64,000 nucleotides of DNA from Eledone cirrhosa. Taxonomy: Eukaryota. The position numbers and the translations under genes were made by a program. How positions within the stretch are numbered: the stretch's first letter is position 1; each line of letters begins with the position of its first letter. Under the pieces are notes generated by a model. The model was not told the DNA's origin. It did no database searches and saw only the letters and a program-made list of their open reading frames with translations. The DNA lies in contig OZ024742.1 of assembly GCA_964016885.1 (NCBI GenBank), forward strand, positions 270,010,001 through 270,074,000. The letters are read 5' to 3'. Below are positions 1-11,472 of the stretch, piece by piece.

Positions 1-366
1 AACAAACAACTAACCAGTAACATGTAAATAAACGAATAAATAAACAAATATAAACACACACAGACACCCGGATATAACACATGCGCAAACTAAGCACACA
101 ACACACACAAAAACAAGATGGCGTAGGACAGAACAAAGGGGTGGCACAAAATCAAAGAAAATAATCCACAGTCACTGAAGAGGTCACATCATGTGTGACG
201 AAAGAACTTTGACAATATATGAACAATCGTCTGGTTGTGGAACCAACCAACCAACCGGAAATTTATAAATTCCTAAATTTATGAATTTAATTTATAATAA
301 ATTGAAGTGAAAACGACTGGTACGTGTGTTTCTTATTGGCAACATGACCCTCCCAAAGCATAACAA
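1..366 (+). mobile_element. 3' end (pseudo-LTR) of Penelope-like element family A, with minimal hammerhead motif
   Basis: The same sequence recurs at ~3071-3270, ~9860-10150, 40820-41260(-), 41400-41760 and ~51500-51700. At 41262-41377 it directly follows a GIY-YIG-like C-terminus (RQITEAININELQPKLN). Copies end in (TA)n. Confidence 0.75.
171..213 (+). ncRNA. Minimal type I hammerhead ribozyme-like motif (family A)
   Basis: GUCA-CUGAAGA(G)-GUCACA..UGUGAC-GAA-AG aa CU-U-UGAC: stems I and II present, very short stem III, one extra base after A9. Confidence 0.6.
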
Positions 367-374
367 TATATATA

Positions 375-451
<77 letters not shown>

Positions 452-506
452 GTATATGCATATGAGTATATATATTATATATATACCCATATGCATATAC
501 ATATAT
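367..506. repeat. (TA)n microsatellite
   Basis: Directly visible. Many more (TA)n tracts occur at element junctions, e.g. 2995-3060, 5463-5506, 10148-10217, 40560-40602, 50938-50986, 52405-52467, 58789-58842, 60327-60360. Confidence 0.97.
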
Positions 507-529
507 ATTTAACTTTGTCTTTATAGGTT

Positions 530-2290
530 ACGGCAGGTATTGACCCACCACATGTCTATTTTAATAGCTCCGCCAGGCGAAGACTTCAAAATCATGATTC
601 ACACCATAGTCAGGTTTTGGACATCATGGCCCAGTAAGGTAGAGAGTCATTGTTTTCAGAGACATATCCGTGTTGGAGGCTTGGCCAGAATTTCATGGAG
701 AAGTTTGTCCAAAGACATTTTGAATTTTACGGGATCCTTTACTCTCTTTATGAATTTTGGTGTTATCGAAGATAGCGGAACCAGTTGATGTCAAACAAAT
801 GTACCGTAATATTGTTATAATACGCCAGTTTAATTTGTGTAGTGGGCGGGTAACACAGGACCCACGACTTACGTGGATTTAAAGAGGATGCTAATACCAT
901 TTGAACAATACTGATGAACTGTTTTTCATATCAGGCATATAATATATCGCTCATTGCGGCGTTGGAGGTTTTGACATTTTCTACTCGAACCCAATAATCT
1001 AGGCCTGTGTTGCGATCTATTATTTGTGTAATTGACCGTTGGTGTTCTTCAGATTTCACAATACTTTCTTTCATGTGGGGAGACAAGAGTGTAAAACAAT
1101 AATACTCAAGGTGGGACTGAGTAAAGATAGAGAAGAGAAGGATTATGGTATGAATATGTCTGAAACGGAAAGTTCGGAAAATCCAGGACAACATTTCGTG
1201 GTCTATGTAAGTATTGTTATTTATATCAGTGGCTAATCTTACGTTGATATCAATAATTACTCTAAGGTCCCTGGTATTTTTCTGTGTCACTAGGGTTTGA
1301 CCAGCGGGAAGTGAATATGAGAGTTTCAATTCATCCATATTTCCAAAGTGGAGTAGGCCAAATTTACCCTCGTTCAGTCACATATTATTTCCGTGCTTTG
1401 TATAATAGCAAGTAGTTTCGATTGAAGGCCTGCTCTGTCTCTCGCTGCGTTGATGACTTTCTGTATCTTGGAATCATATGTGAAGTTTCTCGCGCTAATG
1501 CGCTTGATGACGTCGAAAAATCATAGATAAGAAAACAAATAGGCCCAAAACATTGCCTTATTTTGTCCGAGATTGACCATATTCTTTCAATTAAAACATG
1601 TTATGTTTTGGTTGTCAGGAAACACTTGATCCATTGCAGTAACATTCCAGGAACAGAAATGTTTGGTAGTTTTTCCAACAGAAAGTTATCGACCCTGTCA
1701 AAAGCCTTGCTGAAATCATGTTATATGCCATCAGTGATGGAGACCTCTCCTAAATCTCTTAAAATATAATCAAATGATACCATATTGGTTGGAGTTTAGC
1801 AGATTGTTGCTTTCGAGGAAGTGGGTTATTCGTATATTCACCACCCTCTCAAATAAGTTGATGATATGAGAGGTGATTGAGATCGGGGAGTAATTCACTG
1901 CAAGAGACTTGTTTCCGCTTTCGAAAATTGGAACAGTAGATTGGGACATAACATTTTCAGGGTTATAGCATGTGTGCAGCGAGTACCTTATTAGATGAGT
2001 TAGAGGAAGTGCAAGTTGGTGTCGACACGCTTTCAGGCTGCTAGCTAGCAACATATCGAGGCCTACTGCTGAGTTGTATTTAAATGTGTTTATTCCCGGA
2101 ACGTCAACAAGCGAGCTAAGTCTTATGTCATATAGAGTGTGGCAGGAGTTAACATCACTGATATGGCCCAGATCAGACCTACCAATATTTTTAAGAGCAG
2201 TATTGTTTTCGCAATATCTCACCCATTGTTTTAGTATTGTTCTAGGGAGTGCAACTTTCATCGACCAGAGGTGAAAGAGTTGAGACAGCT
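530..2290 (-). mobile_element. Degenerate CR1-like LINE, reverse transcriptase relic
   Basis: Minus-strand peptides NYSPISITSHIINLFERVV, LLNSNQYG, DFSKAFDRVD, QGNVLG and SHLEYYC occur in LINE RT order, broken by stops and frameshifts. Confidence 0.8.
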
Positions 2291-2317
2291 ACGTTACATT
2301 TTTATATTATATATATA

Positions 2318-2446
2318 GCTGTCGAAACGGCAGGAGGTCAGCCGGCGGGGCTCGACTCTTTTCCTATTACCCACTCTACTACCTTAAGTATCGAGTACTC
2401 TGGTGCGTTATGGTCCACCAGGTTCCTTACCACATTTTCTTCGTTA
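2318..2446 (-). repeat. Dispersed repeat family C (3' end of a Penelope-like element)
   Basis: Matches 3283-3420, 10218-10370, 40601-40795 and 60190-60327. The last copy terminates the GIY-YIG fragment at 58845-59430. Confidence 0.7.
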
Positions 2447-2608
2447 TATATATATATATATATTTATTCAGGTTTGATGTTCACCACTGTATAGAGCTGG
2501 TCTATTCCGTATGGTCAATCGTAATGCAATAATATAGAGAGTACTCAACGTAAAGCAGTTCAACCGTCTTTGTTTTTGTAGTTGGTGGTGCTATTACGGA
2601 GTTAAATA

Positions 2609-2991
2609 TTATAATGAAATGACAGGAGGCTGGATTTGTGTAAATCCTTGAAAGGTTTATTATACTATGATCATTTCAATGACCGGGTTCCGTATGAATC
2701 CGGTGATATCATCAGGTATTCGAAATATAATATGTGAATGTAATAGGTAAAATCCATGGGGCTGAAAATCGAGACCCGAGGGCGACTGCTATTCTGTTCC
2801 TTGAACCTCAGCCGGTCGCCCTGGAGTGACGTGGCTAAATTTTATAGTATGCTACTACCGGTCAGATAAACGAAAACAGAAAGGGATGGGAGCATAAGTT
2901 AACGTCGATCTCATGAACCCGGTCATTGAAATGATCATAGTATAATAAACCTTTCAAGGATTTACACAAATCCAGCCTCCTGTCATTTCAT

Positions 2992-2997
<6 letters not shown>
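2609..2997. repeat. Fold-back element family B: ~85-bp inverted arms, hammerhead motif on minus strand
   Basis: 2609-2692 is the reverse complement of 2915-2997. A related copy lies at ~51780-51990. Confidence 0.75.
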
Positions 2998-3063
<66 letters not shown>

Positions 3064-3360
3064 TGGGTGATACAAAGAAAATAATCCCCAGTCGCTGAAG
3101 AAGTCACATACTGCGTAACGAAAAAACGTTCACAATATATGAACAACCGCCCGGTTGTGTAACCAACCAACCAACAGGAAATTTATAAATTTAATTTATA
3201 ATAAATTGGAGTGAAAAAACTGGTGCGTGTGTTTCTTATTGGCAACATGACCCTCCCAAATTATAACAATATATATATATATAACGAAGGAAATGTGGTA
3301 AGGAACCAGGTGGACCATAATGCACCAAAGTACTCAATACTTAGGGTAATAGAGTGGGTA

Positions 3361-3500
3361 ATAGGAACGAGTAGGACCCCGACGGCTGAGCGCAAGCCGT
3401 TTCGACGGCTGATTCTGGACTAAATAAAAAAATTTTTTTCGTCCAGAATTAGCCGTCGAAACGGCTTGAGCTCAGCCGTCGGGGTCCTACTCGTTCCTAT
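3361..3500. repeat. Inverted (fold-back) duplication of repeat C
   Basis: ataggaacgagtaggacccc...ctggac, a ~20-nt A/T spacer, then gtccag...ggggtcctactcgttcctat. Confidence 0.85.
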
Positions 3501-3543
3501 ATATATATATATATAAATATATTTTTATTTATTTTATAGAAGG

Positions 3544-3595
3544 AGCTTCTACAGGACTTAGTACTGTTTCATTCAGATGAAATCTTCAGGAAGCT
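3544..3595 (-). ncRNA. Type I hammerhead ribozyme (family D)
   Basis: Minus strand: AGCUUC-CUGAAGA-UUUCAucUGAAU-GAA-ACAG uacuaaguc CUGU-A-GAAGCU. 6-bp stem I, 4-bp stem III, GUA cleavage triplet. Confidence 0.75.
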
Positions 3596-4029
3596 GGGTG
3601 TCATATTAAGTTCTGGTATTTATACATTTAGGTAGTGGTAAGGGAGGGGTGGTGGATTGGGGGGGGGGGGGTTTGGGGGGAATGGTATTTAGAAACATAG
3701 GACCACTTCATGGCACAGGTCGTTTTTTCTTTGGGGAGTGGTCAATTAGCCAGAGTGCTTTTTGAAATAAATAAATAAGTAAATAAATAAATAAATGAAA
3801 AAATAAATAGATAAATGAATAAATAAATAAAATAAATAAAAAATAAATAAATAAAAAAAAGTAATTCAACAAATATATAGTAGGGAAATTTTTTAGGTGG
3901 GTTGGTAATAGAAATTAAACATTTAACAAGACTGAATCATGGCACAGACTGGGGTGAGTGGTCAAGTTAACATACAAGCCACAGGTGGCCAGAGTGTTTT
4001 TGTAGAATGGAAAGAATAAAATATGTTTA

Positions 4030-4154
4030 CATACTCACAACCACATACAAAAACACTTACACTCACATACATACCTATATATATATATGTGTGTGTGTGT
4101 GTGTGCGTGTGTGTGTGTGCACACCTACACATTCACACACACATACACACACAT

Positions 4155-4203
<49 letters not shown>

Positions 4204-4632
4204 CACACACATATGTGTGCGTATACACATACACATACACACACATACATACACACACACACACACATACATACACATATATACATATATACACAAGAAA
4301 AACACAAACACAAATATACACACACACAAATATACACACACACACGCATACACATACACACACATATATATCTACACATACACGCGTGCGCATACACATA
4401 CATATATATATATATATATACATATATATGTATACATATATATATATATATACACACCTACATGTACGTATGTCTCTCTCATGTAAACTATACTATACAT
4501 TCATACATACATATGCACACACATACATACACATACATACACACACACACACAAACACATACATTCACACATATATATACATATATACACATACACACAC
4601 ACATACATATATAATCTCATATATATATATAT
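4030..4632. repeat. Compound (CA)n/(TA)n/(TG)n microsatellite
   Basis: Directly visible; explains the spurious H/T/Y/I-rich ORFs. Confidence 0.95.
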
Positions 4633-5459
4633 ATTTGATTTATTGATTTATTGATTTTTTATCTGAGTGTCCCGAATCTTCCAGATCGCAATTTTTCGGT
4701 TGTATGGTTGATTATAGACTTGTTTTTTGTGTGACGGTATTTTAACGATAGTTATAGCTCTGATTTATCTAAATTATTGAGCCCTCTGCCGCTCATATCG
4801 AATTTTGTTTATCGTGAACTCGTGCGCCGATTTTTCGATACTCGATTATTCTACTATATTTAGCTCTAGACCTAGCTATTGACCAGTTAATTTTATTGTT
4901 CATTTTTTGTCGATTCTATTAAATGATGAATAGTTCCTGTTTATTTTAACATGTCTATTGAGCACTCTTATTCGATATGTGTATTTCCACATTTTCCCGA
5001 ATATTTTTCACGGATATAGAGGTTATCTCCCTTGCTGAATTCCATGTGCGTATTTAGCCTGGGTTATGCCTTTTCATTCGTTTGGACAAAGCTCATTGAG
5101 GAAGTAAACTCCTGTCCGCTGGCACCTAGAAGTCTGATATATTTTTATGTGAGCTGATAGAGGACAGTTTAAGGATTTACAGAAACCCAAGAAGCTAGAT
5201 TTACCATCTTTCTAGCGGGTCCGGGTATGCTTTTTACATTCATTTGATTTATTGATTTATTGATTTTTTATCTGAGTGTCCCGAATCTTCCAGATCGCAA
5301 TTTTTCGGTTGTATGGTTGATTATAGACTTGTTCTATGTGTGACGGTATTTTAACGATAGTTATAGCTCTGATTTATCTAAATTATTGAGCCCTCTGCCG
5401 CTCATATCGAATTTTGTTTATCGTGAACTCGTGGCCGATTTTTCGATACTCGATTATTC

Positions 5460-5465
<6 letters not shown>
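4633..5465. repeat. ~225-bp direct repeat (4633-4858 / 5242-5465), probably a partial tandem of a Penelope-like fragment
   Basis: Near-identical repeat starting atttgatttattgatttattg with a period of ~610 bp. The Penelope assignment is an inference. Confidence 0.75.
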
Positions 5466-5506
<41 letters not shown>

Positions 5507-5509
<3 letters not shown>

Positions 5510-7609
5510 GTGTATCCGGAATGATAAAGGTGAGCTTGCCCTCACAAGTGCTGAGAAGAAAGATGCATGGAAGAGTCATTATGATAGATTACTAAATGAG
5601 GAGAATGCATGGGAAGAAGAGACCCTACCCCAGGTAGACCCTATAGAGGGACCAGCAGTACAAGTCAGCGGCAGCGTAGTAAGTAAGGCAATCAGAGATA
5701 TGAAGATGGGGAAGGCAACCGGTCCATCGGGGATAGCTGCCGAGATGCTGAAGGCATCTGGGTCTGTAGGTCACACTATAACCACACGTATCGTTAACCA
5801 GGTAATACTAGAAGGGGCCATACCAAAAGATTGGTGCAGTAGCATCATTGTCAACTGCTACAAAGGTAAAGGCGATGCACTAGATAGAGGAAACTATAGA
5901 TGTATCAAGTTGATGGACCAGGTCATGAAAGTAACAGAAAGAGTTATAGCACAGCTGATTAGGGACCAGGTGAAAATAGACGAGATGCAATTTGGGTTTG
6001 TACCAGGAAGAGGCACCACTGATGCCCTCTTCCTTGTGAGGAAAAGTACCTAGCTAAAAGTAAGCCACTCTACTTGGCATTTGTCGACCTTGAGAAAGCC
6101 TTTGACAGAGTTCCACGTGCGGTAATCTGGTGGGCTCTTAGAAAACTAGGAGTAGATGAATGGCTTGTGAAAGCGGTACAAGCCATGTATAGGGGAGCAG
6201 TCAGCAAAGTTAGGATTAGCAATGAGTATAGCGAGGAATTTAGCGTACACGTTGGGGTCCACCAGGGCTCTGTTCTTAGCCCTCTCCTGTTCATCATAGT
6301 CCTGCAGGCAATAACGGAGGAGTTTAAGACCGGATGCCCATGGGAACTCCTGTATGCTGATGACCTCGCACTCATAGCTGAATCTATGGGAGAACTAGAG
6401 AATAAATTCCAAACCTGGAAGCAGGGACTAGAAAGAAAGGGTCTCAAAGTCAACATGACAAAGACTAAGGTCCTTGTAAGTAGACGAGAAAACAGAACCC
6501 AGATCCCCTCAGGGAAATGGCCTTGCTCAGTATGTAGGAAAGGTGTAGGTAGGAACTCCATTCTCTGCCCCAAATGCAAACAATGGGTACACAAGAGATG
6601 TAGCGGGATCTCAGGAAGCTTAATTAAGAATGTAGGCTTCACATGCAGCAGCTGTGCTGAAACAGCAAGCAGCAAACAGCCACAGCAAACATGTACCACC
6701 AATCTCTGGGAGGGCCCTGTAGAAACAGTAGACAGCCTCTGCTACCTAGGTGACCGAATTAGCAACGGAGGTGGGTGTTCAGAAAGTACAATAACTAGGG
6801 TAAGAACGGGATGGAAGAAGTTTAGGGAAATACTACCACTGCTAGCTGCAAAAGGCTTCTTCCTCAGATTGAAAGGCAGACTGTATGATGCGTGTATCCG
6901 AACAGCGATGTTGCATGGTAGTGAGACCTGGGCGCTGAAGGTGGAAGACTTACGTAGATTAGAGAGAAACGAAGCCTGCATGCTCCGATGGATGTGTAAC
7001 AGTAATATACGTGAACGACAAAGCATAAATGAATTGAGAGAGAGACTGAGCATAAGAGGAATCAAATGCTGTGTGCAGGAGAGGCGGTTGCGCTGGTATG
7101 GACATGTGATGCGTATAAAGGATGACAGCTGCATAAAAAGGTGCAGAGCACTAGAAGTTGATGGAAACCGCGGAGTGGGGAGACCCAAGATGACCTGGGA
7201 TGAGGTGATAACAGCCGACCTTACCCAACTACACCTCTCAAAGACAATGACACACGACCGTGACTTCTGGCGTCACGCAGTAATACAGAGTACCCGACCT
7301 CCCATGGGTAAATGCTGAAGCATATAAACAATATGCCCCCCCCCCCCCACCGCAAGGTGGTCGTGGAGGTGCCACGGCAAAAAAGCACCCAGCCCACACT
7401 GTAAAGTGGACGTGTAGGCGCCATGAAAAAGCACCCAGCACTCACTGTAAATGAGGTTGGTGTTAGGAAGGGCATCCAGCTGTAGAAATCAAGCCAGATC
7501 AGTTCCTGTATGAGCAAGGCATGGTCAGCCGACCAGACACTGCACACAACAGGACAACCCGTCTAACCCATGCTAGCGTGGAAGAACGGACGTAAAACGG
7601 TGATGATGA

Positions 7610-7610
<1 letters not shown>
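5507..7610 (+). mobile_element. 5'-truncated RTE-clade LINE with RT, PHD-like finger and (GAT)n tail
   Basis: GKATGPSG, NYRCIKL, QFGFVPGRGTTDA, FVDLEKAFDRVP, GVHQGSVLSP, LYADD and RRLRWYGHV. One frameshift near 6045. The 3' UTR ends in gatgatgatgat, and the element is flanked by (TA)n on both sides. Confidence 0.92.
6074..7318 (+). CDS. RTE LINE ORF2 C-terminal part (RT + PHD-like zinc finger), pseudogenised
   Basis: 414-aa ORF with RT motifs and CSVC..CPKC..H..C..CSSC. Confidence 0.8.
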   Translation: MAFVDLEKAFDRVPRAVIWWALRKLGVDEWLVKAVQAMYRGAVSKVRISNEYSEEFSVHVGVHQGSVLSPLLFIIVLQAITEEFKTGCPWELLYADDLALIAESMGELENKFQTWKQGLERKGLKVNMTKTKVLVSRRENRTQIPSGKWPCSVCRKGVGRNSILCPKCKQWVHKRCSGISGSLIKNVGFTCSSCAETASSKQPQQTCTTNLWEGPVETVDSLCYLGDRISNGGGCSESTITRVRTGWKKFREILPLLAAKGFFLRLKGRLYDACIRTAMLHGSETWALKVEDLRRLERNEACMLRWMCNSNIRERQSINELRERLSIRGIKCCVQERRLRWYGHVMRIKDDSCIKRCRALEVDGNRGVGRPKMTWDEVITADLTQLHLSKTMTHDRDFWRHAVIQSTRPPMGKC

Positions 7611-7667
<57 letters not shown>

Positions 7668-7679
7668 TTATACACGTAT

Positions 7680-7748
<69 letters not shown>

Positions 7749-8389
7749 CACATATACATATATATACACAGATACACATACAAATATACATACACACACA
7801 TACACATTTACAAGCAAACACGCATGCGTACACATACATACATACAAATAAGTACACATAAACGCATATGCACAAACACGCACTCTTTCGCACTCATACA
7901 TGTGTCTATAATATGAGGTAGTGGGACGAATTTTAAATTTTAAATTCAAAATTTAAACTGGGCCTGATAGAGGATTAAAATAATTAATGTCACTATTAAG
8001 TTATTAATATTATCATCAAGTAATTAATTACTATTTATTATTTATTATCTATTACTCATTATTTACCATTCACAATTCGTTACCTATCCTTTATCCCTTA
8101 TCTATTCATTACCTAATCATTCACTCATAAATTAATAAATAAATTAATGAGTTAACTAACAAACAAACAAACATACAAACAGATAAACAAATAAACCAAT
8201 AAATAAGTAAATAAATAAACAAATAAATAAATAGATAAATAAATAAATAAGTAAATAAAGTAACTAAATAAATAAATAAAATAAATTAATAAATAAATAT
8301 ACAGTTAAATAGATAAATAAATCATGAACGTGTGCGTGCAGCAGTTCATAACTGCACGTATGCAAACATGAGCAGGTATATACGTGAAT

Positions 8390-9285
8390 TTGTGTGTGCG
8401 GCCACGGAACTTTACTCAGAGGCCTACAACACAATATATAAGACCTGGAGGGGAGGAAAGAAGGTAATAATGAGAGATAGAGGGGAGGAAAGAGGGTAAT
8501 AATGAGAGATGGAGGGTCGGAAATGGGATGGGGGGCGGGGTGGGGTGGTGATAGGGGGGGGGTCTTTCGGGGGCCGGGGGGGTCTGTAGTTTTTGTAATT
8601 TGCATAGTTCTTGTGCATGCAATTAGGGGAGTGTTCCGAGATCTTGTTGAGGAGAGGGCCTTTGGCGAATAGAATCTCATAGCTCTCGGAGATACAGAGG
8701 TCACAGCAATTATGGCCTTCCGTGTATGATCGCGCTCTCTGGAGTAGTCTCCATTGGGTCTTGAAGGGGGTGGAGTTCCTTTTTAGGTGCCAGATGTGGG
8801 CGGCGAGTGTAGTCTGGTTAGATTTGTCCGGGCGCCGGAACGAATGTGTGTGGGCGTACCAGCGAGTCTTAAAACTATTAGAAGTCATCCCGATGTACGA
8901 GTTTCTTTTTTCATCGGGGCCTGAGAGTACATCGTATGTATACACGAGATCTTTTTTTAGACAGTTGTTGTTGAGAGGGCAGGTCGTCTTATCAGGGCAA
9001 TTGCAGTTGCTATCGGTTGCTGGATGGGCTTCGGAAAAAGTATTTATCTTCTTGATGTTGTTGTTGGCTAAGTTTCTAGCTAGATTAGGTGTGGTAGAGT
9101 AAGAGAGTCTAATGGTATTCTTATTAAGGATAGTATAGTACCTATGTTGGGTGGGGAAGTGTTTTTGTAAGAGAGTGAAGACAATTTTAGCTACAGGTGT
9201 TGAAACTTCTCGGTTGAAGGGGGGGTTGTACCAGCTAATGTGCCTTCGCCTATTCTTCCTGGGTGGGCGTGGGGCTATAGTTAGG
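8390..9285 (-). mobile_element. Penelope-like element 3' part: linker, Cys motif and GIY-YIG endonuclease
   Basis: The frame is open from ~9280 to 8424: WYNPPFN..KHFP..NKNTIRLSYST..CNCPDKTTCPLNNNCL..SYIGMTSNSFKTRW..CDLCISE. Confidence 0.85.
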
Positions 9286-9299
9286 TAGATAGTTAGCTA

Positions 9300-9725
9300 C
9301 ATAGCGATCTTAGCCATTTTTGAATCTAAATTTGGCGCGGTCGGTTTGAGAAATTAAATGTTTGATTCTGAGTTTGTCTCCTGATGATTCCTAACTCAAG
9401 GCATTTCCATATTATTTGGATGTCCTAAATAAGGAAGAAACCATGGTAGAGATATAATTACGGTATGTGCGCATTTCTTCTAAGTTTAATTTTACTACTA
9501 ATTACGTACGGTTAATGGTATGTTTGATCGGATTCTGCATGCTGCCGAAGTGTTTGATAAATAGTGGAACGGAGCTACCGCGAACTAGCTGTGATCAATT
9601 GTTTGTCAGAGATTTCCCCGTTAGAAAATTTATTCTTAAAGCTTGCTAGATTTGATTATGTATATGGTTAATTATGCTAATTAGAAGAAGAAATAGTATA
9701 TATTTTAATATCTGATTGATTCTAT
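9300..9725 (-). mobile_element. Degenerate Penelope-like fragment
   Basis: Homologous to 11030-11470 and 10630-10760. GIY-YIG-like remnants on the minus strand (inferred). Confidence 0.5.
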
Positions 9726-9956
9726 AGACATGATTTATGATATATATATATATATATATATTTCGTTTCTGAATTTGTTTAGCAAAATTCTTTACCTGAA
9801 ATGGTGTGTTGAAACCGATATTGTTATACTTTGGGAGGGTCATGTTGCCAATAAGAATGTGGCCCATGCGCAAACTGAGCACACAACACACACACAGAAA
9901 CAAAATGGCGTAGGACAGAACAAAGGAGAGGCACAGAAACAAAGAAAGGAATCCCC

Positions 9957-10001
9957 AGTCACTGAAGAGGTCACAGAGTGTGTGACGAAAGGACTATGAC
10001 T
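9957..10001 (+). ncRNA. Minimal type I hammerhead motif (family A, best-preserved copy)
   Basis: AGUCA-CUGAAGA(G)-GUCACAgagugUGUGAC-GAA-AGgaCU-A-UGACU. Confidence 0.65.
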
Positions 10002-10143
10002 ATATATAAACAACTATCTGGTTGTGGAACCAACCAGAAATTTATAAATTTATAAATTTGTAAATTTATAAATATATACTAAATTGAAGTGAAAGCATCT
10101 GGTGCGTGTGTTTCTTATTGGCAACATGACCCTCCCAAAGTAT

Positions 10144-10219
<76 letters not shown>

Positions 10220-10479
10220 CGAAGGAAACGTGCTCAGGAACCTGGTGGACCATAACACACCAGAGTACTCGATAATTAAGGTAGTGGAGTGGGTAATAGA
10301 AAATAGTCGAGACCCCGCCGGCTGACCTCCAGCCTTTTCGACAGCTAGGTCGAAACAGCCGGAGCTCATACTTGTTCATACATATATATATATATTAGAA
10401 AGTGAGGTTTTTTTTACAAAATGAAAAATAACCGAGGTGTCCTACACGAGTGAAAGTTTAAAGAAAAAGAGATGAAATC

Positions 10480-10827
10480 GAAAATGCAACTGGAGTCTTA
10501 TTTTTTTTAAAAATATATATTTATTTGGTTCCTTTACCGGTTTCGCAGTTCTTCTGCTTTTCAAAAGTTGAGTTGCGATGGAGGGTCTGTGGTTTTTCTC
10601 ACATCTAAATATATATATATTTATCCATTATTTCTTCAGAGGTGCCTTTTAATCTTTTAACCTGGTTTAATTGATTCTTTGTGTGGTTGATTATGCTGAT
10701 TGGGAGAGGAAATGCTGTATATATTTTATCAAATGATTCTATGGACAACTTTATTGTATATTGCTCTGATTGTTGATTATTTAATTAATTAATTTGTCAA
10801 TGAGCCACATGGTGAATGGTTGCCAGA

Positions 10828-10866
<39 letters not shown>

Positions 10867-11470
10867 CTTTCTCTAGTTTGTGTATATGTAAATCTTTCTA
10901 TTTGATAGTCTCCCATATGATTGAGATGCAATTTAGGCAATATTAGGCTGCACTATTTAGCAACCAGCCCACTCGCCGTAAGGCACCAATCACATTATTT
11001 CTGACTTGACCACTGCTACGTCACAGTTCTTAGCCATTTTGAATTCGTTTCCGGCGGCGATCATTTTAGAAAAATATTCTTCCAAGTGAGTTTGTTTCCT
11101 GTTGATTTCGAAGCTCGTGAATTTATCCTTGATCGGATATTTCTAAAAGCGAATGAAACCCCATGGTGTAGAAACCTAGTTTTGGTATATATATATATAC
11201 AGTTTTTCTTCTAACTTTGATTGTATACCTAATTGTGTATGGTTGACGATATATTTAATCGATTCCCGCATGCTATTGGAAATGGTGGGTAAATATTCTA
11301 TAGCTGTTTATCGCAAATAGATAGCTGTCGTTTATTTATCTATTATTTCTTCATAGGTGTCTTTCAATATTATAGCCTGGTTAAATTGTTTTTTTGTGTG
11401 GTTGATTATGCTGATTGGGAGAGGAAATGGTGTATATATTTTATCAAATGATTCTATGGAAATGCTTTAT
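10480..11470 (-). mobile_element. Degenerate Penelope-like partial tandem with mutated hammerhead at 10531-10570
   Basis: Internal direct repeat 10630-10760 / 11340-11470. Minus strand CUU-UUGAAAA-GCAG..CUGC-GAAACCGGUA-AAG. Confidence 0.5.
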
Positions 11471-11472
11471 TG

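Noticed and set aside
4007-4646. Multiple 100-200 aa ORFs rich in H/T/Y/I or C/V/Y (also at 7.5-7.9, 31.3, 35.6, 41.7 and 47.8 kb)
   Set aside because: Translations of dinucleotide microsatellites.
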